DNA of 63,488 bases, filler included, from Octopus bimaculoides (Eukaryota), in NCBI RefSeq assembly GCF_001194135.2. It is 4 parts of 4 records of this genome, joined end to end, with 100 filler letters (N's around TTAATTAATTAA, not from the genome) between each part and the next. Parts side by side here need not be neighbours in the genome. Positions count along the whole stretch, not along the records: positions 39,162 to 63,488 come from NC_068983.1; 3 more parts are not named here. The stretch is one strand, 5' to 3'. Of this stretch, positions 63,181-63,488 are shown in pieces (position 1 is the stretch's first letter; each line of letters begins with the position of its first letter). The notes beneath the pieces were generated by a model that saw nothing but the letters and a program-made list of their open reading frames with translations, was not told the DNA's origin and searched no databases. The position numbers and the translations under genes were made by a program.

Positions 63181-63434
63181 GAATGTTTATATTTATTTTT
63201 CCTTGCAGATTGTTTGACACAGTAGCAGGATGACGAGCGGCCTAGTCTGTGATACAGTGAGATACCTGCTGAGCCAGATCTGTTTCGCTAGTGTTGCCAA
63301 GCCTTTTTTTTGCCATTTACCGAATCTGTTTGAGACATTTTAGAGTAAGTTATAAGTGCATTTTTAGGTTTCTGCCAACCAACAGATTCAATGATTTTAC
63401 TAAGATTTGGTGATATACACACAGACACAGACAG

Positions 63435-63488
<54 letters not shown>

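Noticed and set aside
63209-63256. 48-nt plus-strand exon (TTCCTTGCAG| ... |GTGAGA)
   Set aside because: Stops in all three frames, and it lies antisense just upstream of the RTE endonuclease frame, probably within that element; at most a non-coding exonisation.

Overview
AT-rich, gap-ridden eukaryotic draft-assembly window made almost entirely of interspersed and simple repeats. The SINE families resemble those I recall from Octopus genomes (inference, not verified). I find no recognisable host protein-coding gene, rRNA, true tRNA or CRISPR array, and nearly all ORFs in the supplied track are microsatellite or N-run artefacts. Supported content: (1) dozens of copies and fragments of at least four tRNA-derived SINE families, labelled here A (two tail types, A1 and A2), B, C and D; (2) a full-length decayed Tc1-type transposon with TIRs, TA TSD and DD36E spacing (25923-27188); (3) a pogo/Tigger-like MITE and a mariner-type transposase scrap; (4) R4/Dong-clade LINE remnants and an RTE-clade endonuclease remnant; (5) a 552-bp element embedded in (ATT)n; (6) micro- and minisatellites and several hairpins. 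The strongest lead is a set of three unrelated minimal type-I hammerhead-ribozyme-like motifs of the Penelope-associated kind. One sits in both arms of a ~145-bp inverted repeat (44731-45082) and carries an A3-U8 core in place of C3-G8, which would be a compensatory swap of the core Watson-Crick pair. Other leads are a recurring A2::A1 SINE dimer with an identical junction, the DD36E element in an apparent mollusc, and closely spaced inverted SINE pairs that could be ADAR substrates. Coordinates were counted by eye; SINE boundaries are approximate.
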